Shown piece after piece: positions 43,042 to 55,979 of a stretch of DNA of 64,000 nucleotides. The stretch lies in contig OZ024743.1 of assembly GCA_964016885.1 (NCBI GenBank), positions 182,900,001-182,964,000 of the forward strand, in the 5' to 3' direction. Position 1 is the first letter of the stretch. Every line of letters starts with the position of its first letter. The stretch is from Eledone cirrhosa. Its lineage: Eukaryota. The position numbers and the translations under genes are program-made. Below the pieces are notes generated by a model, which did not search any database, had not been told where the DNA came from, and was given only the letters and a program-made list of their open reading frames with translations.

Positions 43042-44430
43042 GTAAGAGAAAACAAAGAGCGCTTATACCATCAATTAATTTTTATTCGCTGACAGTGTTT
43101 CATCCATACCATGGGGCAGGACTCTTCAGAGCGTTGAAAACAAAAATACAATAATGAAGATAAGCTCTACTGACCTATATCATAAGAACAATAGATATAT
43201 GGTACAGCATCATAGGATAATGGTGAGAATGGAGATGATACATAAGGTTGTTAGTCAGAGTAAGGAAAAATATTGAAAAATAAGAAAAATCAAAACTGAA
43301 GTAATCACACAAGAGATAGATGCATGTGAAGGAATCAGTCAAGGCGATAAAGAAAAAAGAAAAAAGAAAGAATACTAACAAAAAAAAAAAAAATAAAATA
43401 AAAAAAAAAAAAATAAAAAAAAAAAAATAAAAAAAAAAAAAAAAATAAAAAAAAAAAATAAAAAAAAAATAAAAAATAAAAAATAAAAAATAAAAAATAA
43501 AAAATAAAAAATAAAAAATAAAAAATAATTAAACAATAGTTAAAAAATTAAATAAGTAAAAAATAAAAAAATAAAAAATAATTAAAAAGATATTAAAAAT
43601 ATATATAAAAAAAAAAAAAAAAAAAAATTACATTGGTCACAGTTGAAAAGATATAGGCCAGATGATTTCCCATGACAAAGAGTCTTATGTCCTATAGTTT
43701 CACAGGGTGAGCCACAGTGCGCTTGAATATTACAGTTGTCGAAGTAGGGATATCCAGCAGATAAATTACAATAGGACCAGGCATCAACCGGGGTGTCATA
43801 TAGAGAAGTGCTATTTAGCTCTTAAAGTATGGCAATAAGGTTCAGAGGGGATTTAGTATTCTCCAAATTCAGCACGGTTAGGGTAACCATAAGATAGTGG
43901 AGCTGTGTGGATAAGAGGTGTTAGTCTTGCATAAGGATGGATACAGCACAGGCAGAAGCAGGAACACAAGCAAAGCAGGGTAAATGTATAGAAGAAGCTG
44001 AAGCAGTCAATTTTCAACGAGAAATTCATAAGACAGTTCATACATGGTTTAAACAATGTTTGAGGCAAATCCGGCAAAGGGAACAAAAAACATATATATA
44101 TATCGTCAGTAGATAGTAACTCACGAAATTTCACAACATATATAGACAGTTGTATATATATATATCCTTCATAGAAGGTATTCCAGTCCTGTTCATACAT
44201 CCACATGTACGTATCATAACGTATGGTACTATATGTTATGAGCCGGTGTTCAAATCGAAATCCTCATATAAGTAGTGCTCCAGTTTGCGGTATTATACTA
44301 TTCCCAATCACCCACAGTAATGTACATCCAATTCCGTGTTCCGAGGGTATTATTGTCCAAGCATTGCATGAACACACATTATAGCAGTAGCTATTGTTGA
44401 CTATTCACATGAAGCACATGGTTAGATAAT
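43042..44430 (-). mobile_element. Putative PLE-derived non-coding element with terminal hammerhead and long T-rich tract
   Basis: Flanked by (TA)n, hammerhead near its minus-strand 3' end, A-rich tract at 43376-43627. Confidence 0.5.
43087..43133 (-). ncRNA. Type I hammerhead ribozyme (GUC cleavage triplet)
   Basis: CGCT-CTGAAGA-GTCC.TGCC(ccat)GGTA.T.GGAT-GAAA-CACTG-TC-AGCG. Confidence 0.8.
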
Positions 44431-44533
44431 ATATGTGTGTATATATGTGTATATACATATATATGTGTGTATATATCTGTGTATATATATACATATGTGT
44501 GTGTATATATATATATGTGTGTATATATATATA

Positions 44534-44608
<75 letters not shown>

Positions 44609-44610
<2 letters not shown>

Positions 44611-44797
44611 CAAAGGAAATGTGGTAAGGAACCAGGTGGACCATAACGCACCAAAGTACTCAATACTTAGGGTAGTAGAGTGGGTAATAGGAACCAGTAA
44701 GATCCCGACGGCTGAGCTCAAGCCGTTTCGACGGCTAATTCTGGACAGAATTAGCCGTCGAAACGGCTTGAGCTCAGCCGTCGGGGTCTTACTGGTT

Positions 44798-44802
<5 letters not shown>
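44609..44802 (+). mobile_element. Fold-back mini-element with half hammerhead
   Basis: About 56-bp arms at 44687-44742 and 44747-44802, 78-bp tail. The right arm reads GAAA-CGGCT(tgagctc)AGCCG-TC. Confidence 0.7.
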
Positions 44803-44852
<50 letters not shown>

Positions 44853-44891
44853 ATATATATGTGTGTATATATGTGGGTATATATATATATA

Positions 44892-45976
44892 TGTCTCATG
44901 GTCGGGTCGTTGGCGACTAAACTGGCAACCCCACCAAGGTTTCTTGGTGAGGAGGGTGACTTTGGACATCCTGCAGGACTAAAAACAAAACCTGTCAAAG
45001 GGCAAAGGAGCTCTTAAGAGTCAATGGCCATCCAAAATCACCGGGAGAGATGACCCCTTAGCCTTTGTCAAGGCAGAATTCTAGGAGAAGGAAAACTCTG
45101 ATATAACACCTGCAACCCTGATGGTATCCAATGATGTTGACTTGTTCTTCTTTTTGGTAAATATCATCTTGGTTAAGAGAGTGGGACTGGCTTTGTGCAG
45201 TGCCTTTGCTCACTATAAAAGCTTCACGGCACAGGCGTTAGTTTATATCTGGAGATCTCTCTGCACTTGTCGTCACATGGTACCATGGGCCCAGCACTAT
45301 GTGTCAATAATTGTCACAAGTGTAGTGTTTGTACCAGAGTTTTCAAGTCGCTGGCTGGACTAAAAAGTCAGTCGTTCAGCGCATCGGTAGGGGTTCTCCT
45401 ACATGGATATAAAGTAGTGGCCGTACTCGAAAACGAGTTGGCAGCCACCATATATATATATATATGTCAGGTCACCAGCTGGTGCTACTGGTAACATGTA
45501 TCGCAGTACAACCTGTCTCATGGTCGGGTCGTTGGCGACTAAACTGGCAACCCCACCAAGGTTTCTTGGTGAGGAGGGTGACTTTGAACATCCTGCAGGA
45601 CTAAAAACAAAACCTATCAAAGGGCAAAGGAGCTCTTAAGAGTCAATGGCCATCCAAAATCACCGGGAGAGATGACCCCTTAGCCTTTGTCAAGGCAGAA
45701 TTCTAGGAGAAGGAAAACTCTGATATAACACCTGCAACCCTGATGGTATCCAATGATGTTGACTTGTTCTTCTTTTTGGTAAATATCATCTTGGTTAAGA
45801 GAGTGGGACTGGCTTTGTGCAGCGCCTTTGCTCACTATAAAAGCTTCACGGCACAGGCATTGCTTTATATCTGGAATCTCTCTGCACTTGTCGTCACATG
45901 GTACCATGGGCCCACCACTATGTGTCAATAATTGTCACAAGTGTAGTGTTTGTACCAGAGTTTTCAAGTCGCTGGC
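44892..45976 (+). mobile_element. Two tandem copies of the bipartite RTE-derived retroposon (44892-45450; 45466-45976)
   Basis: Near-identical copies separated by (TA)n. The second has a longer 5' end and is cut off at its 3' end by RTE-B. Confidence 0.8.
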
Positions 45977-48810
45977 ATCCATCTTCCACGCTAGCATGGG
46001 TTAGATGGGAGTTGTGCCACTTTAAGCAAGGTTGGTCGGGTGACCGTGTCTTGCTCATATAGGACTATCTGGCAGGTTTTCTACAGCTGGATGCCCTTCC
46101 TAACACCAAACACATTTACAGTGTGGAACTGGGAACTTTTTACCGTGTTACCTACACGGCCACATTACAGCGTGGAATGATTTTATGACACCTACACGAT
46201 CTCGATCTCATTATCTCATTTATTTGGACTGGATGTTGTGGTACCAACTTTACAGAGAGAGGGTGGTGTTGGTGGGAGTGGGAGGATAGGGTAGGGGTAG
46301 TGGATTGGGGTGTATATTTGGTTAGGAGGTGCCTACTGACTGTAGGTTTCGCTTTGTACATAGGCAAGGCGGGTCTTCTGTATTACTGTGTAGCGCCAAA
46401 GATCTCGGTCCAGTGACATTGTCTTAGAGAAGTGCAAGTGTGTAAGGTCGGAATTTATCAGATCGTCCCAGGTTTTTCTGGGTCTACCTACTCCGTAACT
46501 ACCATCAATTTTGATCGCCCTGCACTTTTTTATGCAGCTGTCGTCTTTCATGTGCATCACGTGACCATACCAACGTAGTCTTCTCTCAAGTAAACAGCAT
46601 CTGATCCCTCTTATTCCTAATTTCTCACTTAGTTCATTTATGCTTTGCCGTTTACATATATTACTATTACACATCCAACGGAGCATGCTTCGTTCCTTTC
46701 CAGTCTGCGTATATCCTCTGCATGCAATGCCCATGTCTCACTGCTATGTAGCATTGCTGTTTGTATACAGGCATCATACAATCTGTCTTTCATTTTTAGA
46801 GAGAAACCTTTTGTGGCCAACCGCGGTATAAGCTCTCTGAACTTTTTCCATCCCGTTCTGACTCTGGCTACCGTACTTTCAGAACACCCTCCACCACTGC
46901 TGATTTCGCCACCCAGGTAACGGAAAGTGTCTACTATTTCTCTAGAACTATCTGGGCAATAGAAGGAGCTAGTATCCTGTGGACACTTGCTACTTTTTGC
47001 ACCTGAGCATTGGCCACATATAAAGTCTACGTTCTTAGATAGTTTACCTGTGATCCCACTACATCTTTTATGTACCCATACTTCGCATTTGGGACATAAA
47101 ATGGAATTTCTGCCTACTCCTTTCCTACACACTGAGCATGGCCATTTCCCTGAGGGCACCTGTGCCCTATTTTCCTTTCTACAAACTAGAACTTTAGTCT
47201 TAGACAGGTTAATTTTAAGGCCTTTTGATTCTAGGCCATGTTTCCATGTTTGGAATTTCTTCTCTAGTTCAGCCATTGATTCAGTTAGATTATCTGCGTA
47301 TAGGATTTCCCATGGGCAGCTGGTCTTGAACTCCTCTGTTATAGCCTGAAGGGCAATAATAAATAGTAGGGGGCTAAGGACTGAGCCTTGATGAACGCCA
47401 ACTTTTACACTAAATTCTTCACAATATTCATTGCTAATTCTAACCTTACTGACTGTTTCATTATACATAGCTTGTATAGCTCTCACAAGCCATTCATCTA
47501 CACCTAGTTTTCTAAGAGCCCACCAGATAATGGAGCGGGGGACTCTGTCAAAGGCTTTCTCCAGGTCTACAAAAGCTAAGTAGAGGGGTTTACTTTTAGC
47601 TAGGTACTTCTCTTGTAGTTGTTGTACAAGGAAAAGAGCATCTGTGGTACTTTTACCTGACACAAACCCAAACTGCATTTCATCTAGATCAATTCGCTCT
47701 CTGATTAGTTGCGCTATAACTCTTTCTGTGACCTTCATGACCTGGTCAACTAACTTAATGCTTCTATAGTTTCCCCTATCTAGAGCATCGCCTTTACCCT
47801 TGTAGCAGTTAATGATGATGCTGCTACGCCAGTCTTTCGGTATGACCCCATTCTGTATTACTTGGTTAACTATACGAGTGACCATAGCGTGTCCCACCAT
47901 ACCAGATGCCTTCAACATCTCAGCAACTATCTCCGAAGGCCCAGCTGCCTTGCCTGTCTTCATATCTTTGATTGCCTTACTTATTATACTACCTTTAACT
48001 TGCACTGCTGGTCCTTCTATTGGATCGATTTGGAGCAGACTATCTTTTTCCCATTTATTCTCCTCATTTAATAGTCTCTCGTAGTGACACTTCCAGGCTA
48101 TCTTCTTATCAGTATCAGTGAGGGCAAGCACACCGTTATCATTACGGACACACTTCTCCCCGACAATATCCCGGTTTTCCTTGACACATTGTCTAGCAAT
48201 CCTGAACACCTCACGTTTTTGGTCCTCACGTTGTAGAACATGCTTGAACTTTCTATCCTCTGCTTCCCTTTTTGAAAGGTACACTTGTCTCCTAGCTTCT
48301 CTCCTGGCCACTTGATAATGCTCTCTACTTCCCCCATCCTGCCATACTTTCCAAGCCTGCTTTTTGGCCTTGATTGTCTCTTCTAAGTTACTCTCCTCTT
48401 GCCAATAGGTCTGCTCCGGCCACAGATTTCATCCGTTGCTTTCAGCAGGTTCACTTTCAAGAATTGCCACTGTTCCTCTATATCACACGTCTCTAATTGC
48501 CCTCCCTTATTGTCAAAGGCATCAAGTAATAAGCTTTTAAATTTGTCACTGGCTATGGGGTCCTTCAACTTCCATATTCTTCTCCTCAGGGTAGGCCTCC
48601 TCTGTCGTTGAGTATGTCTATTTCTGACTATGAGGTCGCTAACTACTAGGCTATGTTGGGAGGTGCATTCTTAACGGGGGAGGGATTTAGTGTTTACAAC
48701 AGACACTTTGTCCCGTCTTCTAGTAAGGATATAATCTATCTGGCTGGCGTGTTCCTCTGATCTATAGGTGATCAAGTGGTTTTCATGTTTTTTGAAGTTT
48801 CTGTTACAGA
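45977..48810 (-). mobile_element. RTE-B-related copy (partial APE + RT + PHD), disabled
   Basis: ORF 46638-48311 with [16 protein letters not shown] and YADN plus a deletion; APE QIDYIL at about 48730. Confidence 0.92.
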
Positions 48811-48840
48811 TATATATGTGTGTGTATATATATATATATA

Positions 48841-48881
<41 letters not shown>

Positions 48882-48924
48882 ATATATATATGTGTGTGTA
48901 TATATATATGTGTGTGTATATATA

Positions 48925-48955
<31 letters not shown>

Positions 48956-49048
48956 GTGTGTGGGTGTGTATATATATATATATATATAACCCATGCTAGC
49001 GTGGAAAATGGACATTAAACGAAGATGATGTGTGTATAAATATATGTG

Positions 49049-49091
<43 letters not shown>

Positions 49092-49273
49092 GTGTGTGTG
49101 TATATATATGTGTGTGTATATATATATGTGTGTGTATATATATATATATATGTGTATATTTATATATGTGTGTATATATGTGTATATATATGTGTGTATA
49201 TATGTGTATATATATGTGTATATATATGTGTATATATATATATATGTGTGTATATATATGTGTATATATATAC

Positions 49274-49330
<57 letters not shown>

Positions 49331-49340
49331 CGTGTATATA

Positions 49341-50221
49341 CAGGGTGCGGACGATATTTGTTCGCAAGATTACTGTCTAGGAAAAAGTAACACAGTAGTT
49401 TTATTTTTTAAGATATATTTATCAAACTTGGGTCAGTTTGTCTTCATGACTTGTTCTTTCGATCTCACTCGATAAACTCGCCATTGGCTTTGATGACGGC
49501 CTCAAGGCGGCCTCGGAACCGGCTAAAGCCTTCGTCACTGTCCCCCGACTTAGGCCCCTAAAGGCACTTGTGATCCTGGCCTTCAGATCGTCTTTCGTAT
49601 TGCAGCTAGATCTGTTGGTGTCTCGTTCTACTGCGCCCCATACAAAGAAGTCGAGGGGGTTGCAGTCAGGCGAGCTGGGAGGCCAGATGTCAGGTGAAGT
49701 GTGGTCAACGAAGTCCTTTGACAGCCAGGCTTGGATCTTTCGGCTGGTTTGGCAGGACGCCGAGTCTTGCTACCACACGTACAGCCTACCTGCAGCTACC
49801 TGGTCGATCCAGGGCTTTACTACCTCGCTCAGAACGCAGATGTAGCCATCGGTGTTCAGCTCAGGGAAGAACTCGGGCGTTCTGAAGGCGTCAGATCGTC
49901 GATCATGTGTTTTCCTCTCTGATGTTGCTTCATAGTCGAATCCTGAATCTTCCAATTCCTTTCTGACCTATTCTACCATTCTCCTGCTGACGCTGAGAAA
50001 GTCTGAATTTCCTTATTTGTCTTCCCGGTGCAGATTCCAAGAAGAACTCTGTGTCTCTTCCACAAATTTGGAGATCCAAATTATTCATAATCAATTATTC
50101 TGAAAATAAATAATGGAAATATAGTCACTGTTTTTATGAAGACAAGAGTGACAACAGAAGTAAAAAAAATTTGCATAAAATTAGCAGTTGAAAATTGCGA
50201 ACAAATATCGTCCGCACCCTG
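49341..50221 (-). mobile_element. Internally deleted maT (DD37D) transposon
   Basis: Same TIRs and same deletion junction as 36094-36976. Confidence 0.92.
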
Positions 50222-50229
50222 TATATATG

Positions 50230-53200
50230 TATCATCATCATCATCAACATCATCACTGTTTTACGTCCGTTCTTCCACGCTAGCATGGGTTAGACAGGTT
50301 GTCCTGTTGTGGGCAGTGTCTGGTCGGCTGACCATGCCTTGCTCATACAGGAACTGATTCTAGCTTGATTTCTACAGCTGGATGCCCTTCCTTTATGCAG
50401 CTGTCATCCTTCATACGCATCACATGTCCATACCAACGCAACCGCCTCTCCTGCACACAGCATTTGATTCCTCTTATGCTCAGTCTCTCTCTCAATTCAT
50501 TTATGCTTTGTCGTTTGCGTATATTACTATTACACATCCATCGGAGCATGCAGGCTTCGTTTCTCTCTAATCTACGTAAGTCTTCCAGCTTCAGCGCCCA
50601 GGTCTCACTACCATGCAACATCGCTGTTCGGATACACACATCATACAGTCTGCCTTTCATTTTGAGGGAGAAGCCTTTTGCAGCTAGCAGTGGTAGTAGT
50701 TCCCTAAACTTCTTCCATCCCGTTCTTACCCTAGTTATTGTACTTTCTGAACACCCACCTCCACTGCTAATTCGGTCACCTAGGTAGCAGAAGATGTCTA
50801 CTGTTTTTACAGAGCCCTCCCAGAGATTGGTGGTACTTGTTTCCTGTGGCTGTTTGCTGCTTGCTGTCCCAGCACAGCTGCTGCATGTGAAGCCTACATT
50901 CTTAATTAAGCATCCTGAGATCCTGCTACATCTCTTGTGTACCCATTGTTTGCATTTGGGGCAGAGAATGGAGTTCCTACCTACACCTTTCCTACATACT
51001 GAGCAAGGCCATTTCCCTGAGGGGATCTGGGTTCTGTTTTCTCGTCTACTTACAAGGACCTTAGTCTTTGTCATGTTGACTTTGAGACCCTTTCTTTCTA
51101 GTCCCTGCTTCCAAGTTTGAAATTTCTTCTCTAGTTCTACCATAGATTCAGCTATAAGTGTGAGGTCATCAGCATACAGGAGTTCCCATGGGCATCCGGT
51201 CTTAAACTCCTCCGTTATTGCCTGCAGGACTATGATGAACAGGAGGGGGCTAAGAACAGAGCCCTAGTGGACCCCAACCTGTATGCTAAATTCTTCGCTA
51301 TACTCATTGCTAATCCTAACTTTGCTGACTGCTCCCCTATACATGGCTTGTACCGCTTTCACAAGCCATTCATCTACTCCTAGTTTTCTAAGAGCCCACC
51401 AGATTACAGCATGTGGAACTCTGTCAAAGGCTTTCTCAAGGTCGACAAATGCCAGGTAGAGTGGCTTACTTTTAGCTAGGTACTTTTCCTGTAACTGCCT
51501 GACAAGTGGTGCCTCTTCCTGGTACAAACCCAAATTGCATCTCGTCTAGTTTCACCCAGTCCCTAATCAACTGTGCTATAACTCTTTCTGTTACTTTCAT
51601 GACCTGGTCCATCAGCTTTATACCTCTATAGTTTCCTCTATCGAGTGCATCACCTTTACCTTTGTAGCAGTTGACAATGATGCTACTGCACCAATCTTTT
51701 GGTATGACACCTTCTAGTATTACCTAGTTAACAATACGTGTGGTTATAGTGTGACCTACAGACCCAGATGCCATCAGCATCTCGGCAGCTATACCCGATG
51801 GACCGGTTGCCTTCCCCATCTTCATATCTTTGATTGCCTTACTTACTACGCTGCTGCTGACTTGTACTGCTGGCCCCTCTATAGGGTCTACTTGGGGGTA
51901 GGGTCTCTTCTTCCCATGTATTCTCCTCATTTATTAATCTATCATAATGACTCTTCCATGCATCTTTCTTCTCAGCACTTGTGAGGGCAAGCTCACCTTT
52001 ATCATTCCAGATACACTTCTCTCCAATGACATCACAATTCTCTCTGACACACTGCCTCGCAATCTTGAACACCTCCTGTTTCTGGTCCTCACGTTGCAAA
52101 ACATGCTTGAATTTTCTATCCTCTGCTTCCCTCCTAGCTAAGTATACTTGTCGCCTAGCTTCCCTCTTGGTCTCTATGTAAAGTACCCTGCTCCCCCCGT
52201 TCTTCCATTCTTTCCATGCCTGTCTCTTGGCTTTAACTGCCTCATCTACCTTGTTGTTCCACCACCAAGTCACACTCTTCCTGCTTGAGGTCTTACTCCA
52301 GCCACAGACCTCATCCGTCGCCTCTAGTAAGTTATTTTTTAGGAACTCCCAGTTCCCTTCTACATTGAATGTCTCTATCTGTTCTTCTTTACTGTCGTAG
52401 GCGTTGAGTAAAATATCTTTAAATCTGTTACTGGTTGAGGGGTCTTTCAGCTTCCAGATCTTTCTTCTCCAGGTTGGCCTCTGTTTCCAGGTTCGTCTAG
52501 TTCTGACTGTGTGGTCACTGACAACTAAGCTATGTTGGGATGTACATTCCTCACTAGGGAAGGCTTTTGTGTTTACGACCGTCCATCTGTCACGTCCTCT
52601 GATGAGGATAAAATCTATCTGACTAGAGTGCTCCCCTGATCTATAGGTGATCAGGTGGTTGTTGGGTTTTTTGAAGTTTGTGTTACATATCGACATGTCA
52701 TTGGCGTCGGAGAATTCTAGAAGTCTGAATCCTTCCTCATTTCTTGTGCCAACCCCATGGCCTCCATGGACTCTATTGAAGCCGTCGCAGTGTTTACCTA
52801 CGTGTCTGTTAAAATCTCCTGTGATGATTAGGAAGTCATTGTCGTTTGTTAGAGCAGTAGTGTGCACTAGGGACTCATAAAACCTATCCTTAAGTTCGTC
52901 TGGCAACCCCGATTGGGGTGCGTAAGCTGATATTATTGTGGTAATTGTTTTATTCAGGACTAGTCTGAGTTTAATGATTCTTGCATTTACCCTGTATACT
53001 GAGATTACTTTATCTACCCACTAGTCAGCTAGTAGTATACCTACACCACCCATCCCATCATCATTTCCCACCCAGAAAAAATTGTAACACCAACTTTTTC
53101 CTACAAGGACTCTAGCAGACTCTCCTCTCCATCTAGTCTCTTGCACACAGCATACATCAATTTCCTTTTGCTCTAGCATTTCTACGATTTCTCCTGCTCT

Positions 53201-53950
53201 TTCTTTAATTGTGCCTACATTGATGGCACCAACTCAGAGTTTTGGGCATTTGTCGACACTCGTAGAGAAGGGTCTCTGGATTGGCACTTCACATGGGTGC
53301 TTGGTAGCTTGCAGATTCATATTTCATCTATTAATTCAGAGTTGCTCAAATTTATTCTCAGCTCATCCATCCATAATGGTAGGAAAATTCAGGGCTAGAA
53401 GAACAGTGGTGGTGGAATAATGGCAGGGTGTGTTGGGCTGGGACAGGGGAGGAGAGAGTTAGTTAGGTAGTAGTAGCAGAAGAAATGGCATGCTGAGGTT
53501 TGATTGGTCGAATAGGCTATGGTGGTGTGACAGGGTGGGTGGGAGGGAAATTGTGAGGTAGGGAGAGAGGGTCGCCGTTAAGATGGATGACTGGAATGAA
53601 GCCAAATCAACTCTAGTGATTCATTTTAGCCTTTCAGAATAGAGTGTCTTATCTCTTCAATAGCTTCAAGATGAGTGATGTGGAATGGGTGAAGAGGGAA
53701 CGGGAGGTAATGGGTGGCTTAGAGATAGATAGAGAGAGGGTAGCCATCATAGAGAGAGAGATAGAGAGGGGGTAGCCATCATAGAGAGAGGGTCGCTGCA
53801 TGGCAATGTAGCCGATAGAATACATCAACAATAATATTAATAATAATAGCCAGTCATGGCCTGTAGCCTTTGATGGAAAAATAGGCAGAGACAGAGTCAG
53901 CATGGTAGGAGAATAACAAAGTAAATGTGTTGTGGGAGCTGAAATACCTG
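50230..53950 (-). mobile_element. Near full-length RTE-A copy, disabled
   Basis: Candidate ATG at 53320, APE N-terminus INVGT..VCCVQETRW, RT and PHD. Deletion at about 50390 joins the ORF end to the 3' UTR. The pyrimidine-rich 5' region has an uncertain boundary. Confidence 0.88.
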
Positions 53951-53992
53951 AAGTATATATATATGTATATATATATGTATATATACACACAT

Positions 53993-54337
53993 GGAGGCAC
54001 ATGGCTTAGTGGTTAGAGCATTGGCCTTGCAATCGAAAGGTTCTGAGTTCAATTCTCAGACCGGGTGATGTGTTGTTTCCTTGAGCAAGACACTTTATTT
54101 CACATTGCTCCAGTTTACTCAGCTGTAGAAATGAGATGATAGAGACTGGGGTTCATATCATTCCACTGTAAAGTGGTCGTGGAGGTGCCACGGCAAAAAA
54201 AGCACCCAGCACTCACTGTAAATGAGGTTGGTGTTAGGGAGGGCATCCAGCTGTAGAAATCAAGCCAGAATCAGTTCCCGTCCCACCCTTGCAAGCAGGG
54301 AAAAAGCGGACGTAAATTGAAATGATGATGATGATGA
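53993..54337 (+). mobile_element. Full-length tRNA-derived SINE with RTE-A-type 3' tail
   Basis: Pol III A-box TGGCTTAGTGG and B-box GAGTTCAATTC, central CCTTGAGCAAGACACTT. The 3' part (GGTGCCACGGCAAAAAAGCACCCAGC..GGGCATCCAGCTGTAGAAATC) is shared with RTE-A; (GAT)n tail. Confidence 0.92.
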
Positions 54338-54344
54338 CACATAC

Positions 54345-54377
<33 letters not shown>

Positions 54378-54419
54378 CACATATATATACATATATATAT
54401 ATACACACATATATATATA

Positions 54420-55540
54420 TCATCATCATCATCATCATCACCGTTTTACGTCCGTTCTTCCACGCTAGCATGGGTTAGACGGGTTGTCCTGTTGTGGGCA
54501 GTGTCTGGTCGGCTGACCATGCCTTGCTCATACAGGAACTGATTTGGCTTGATTTCTACAGCTGGATGCCCTTCCTAACACCAACCTCATTTACAGTGAG
54601 TGCTGGGTGCTTTTTCGTGGTGCCTACACGTCCACTTTACAGTGTGGGCTGGGTGCTTTTTTGCCGTGGCACCTCCACAACCACCTTGCGGTGGGGGATG
54701 TGGGGGCATATTGCCTATATGCTTAAGCTTGTACCCTTGGGAGGTCGGGTACTCTGTATTACTGCGTGACGCCAGAAGTCACGGTCGTGTGTCATTGCCT
54801 TCGAGAGGTGTAATTGGGTAAGGTCGGCTTTTATCACCTCATCCCAGGTCATCTTGGGTCTCCCCACTCCGCGGTTTCCATCAACTTCTAGTGCTCTGCA
54901 CCTTTTTATGCAGCTGTCATCCTTCATACGCATCACATGTCCATACCAGCACAACCGCCTCTCCTGCACACAGCATTTGATTCCTCTTATGCTCAGTCTC
55001 TCTCTCAATTCATTTATGCTTTGTCGTTCACGTATATTACTGTTACACATCCATCGGAGCATGCAGGCTTCGTTTCTCTCTAATCTACGTAAGTCTTCCA
55101 CCTTCAGCGCCCAGGTCTCACTACCATGCAACATTGCTGTTCGGATACACGCATCATACAGTCTGCCTTTCATTCTGAGGGAGAAGCCTTTTGCAGCTAG
55201 CAGTGGTAGTAGTTCCCTAAACTTCTTCCATCCCGTTCTTACCCTAGTTATTGTACTTTCTGAACACCCACCTCCGCTGCTAATTCGGTCACCTAGGTAG
55301 CAGAAGATGTCTACTGTTTCTACAGAGCCCTCCCAGAGATTGGTGGTACTTGTTTCCTGTGGCTGTTTGCTGCTTGCTGTTTCAGCACAGATGCTGCATG
55401 TGAAGCCTACATTCTTAATTAAGCTTCCTGAGATCCCGCTACATCTCTTGTGTACCCATTGTTTGCATTTGGGGCAGAGAATGGAGTTCCTACCTATACC
55501 TTTCCTACATACTGAGCAAGGCCATTTCCCTGAGGGGATC
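54420..55540 (-). mobile_element. RTE-A 3' fragment
   Basis: PHD + C-terminal ORF + 3' UTR + (GAT)n. Confidence 0.92.
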
Positions 55541-55884
55541 TATATATACATATATATATATACACAGACATATATATATATATACATATATATACACACA
55601 CACATATATATATACATATATATACACACACACACACATATATATATACATATATATATCTTTCAATCATATTTTATTATTTGTTTGACCCGAATACCTT
55701 GTTCGCTTCTATGGCTTTGTGGTTAATGGTTTAACCATCGTTTCAGTGTGTTTGGCCTTTTAACTTATGTTGTTGCTCTAGTTCACTCGTTTTCATTGAG
55801 CGCTTGCCACACATTTCGGAAGTTGTCTTTCACTAATTTCCAATAGCCGAGATAATGCGATTCTCTCTAATTTATATTTGTATG

Positions 55885-55916
<32 letters not shown>

Positions 55917-55928
55917 TGTATATATATG

Positions 55929-55979
<51 letters not shown>

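Noticed and set aside
43376-43627. Poly(A) tail of a processed pseudogene
   Set aside because: No upstream ORF; better explained as an expanded T-rich tract within the minus-strand hammerhead-bearing element.
53993-54065. Functional tRNA genes at SINE heads
   Set aside because: A and B boxes are present, but there is no proper acceptor stem or terminator and the sequence continues into the SINE core and LINE tail.
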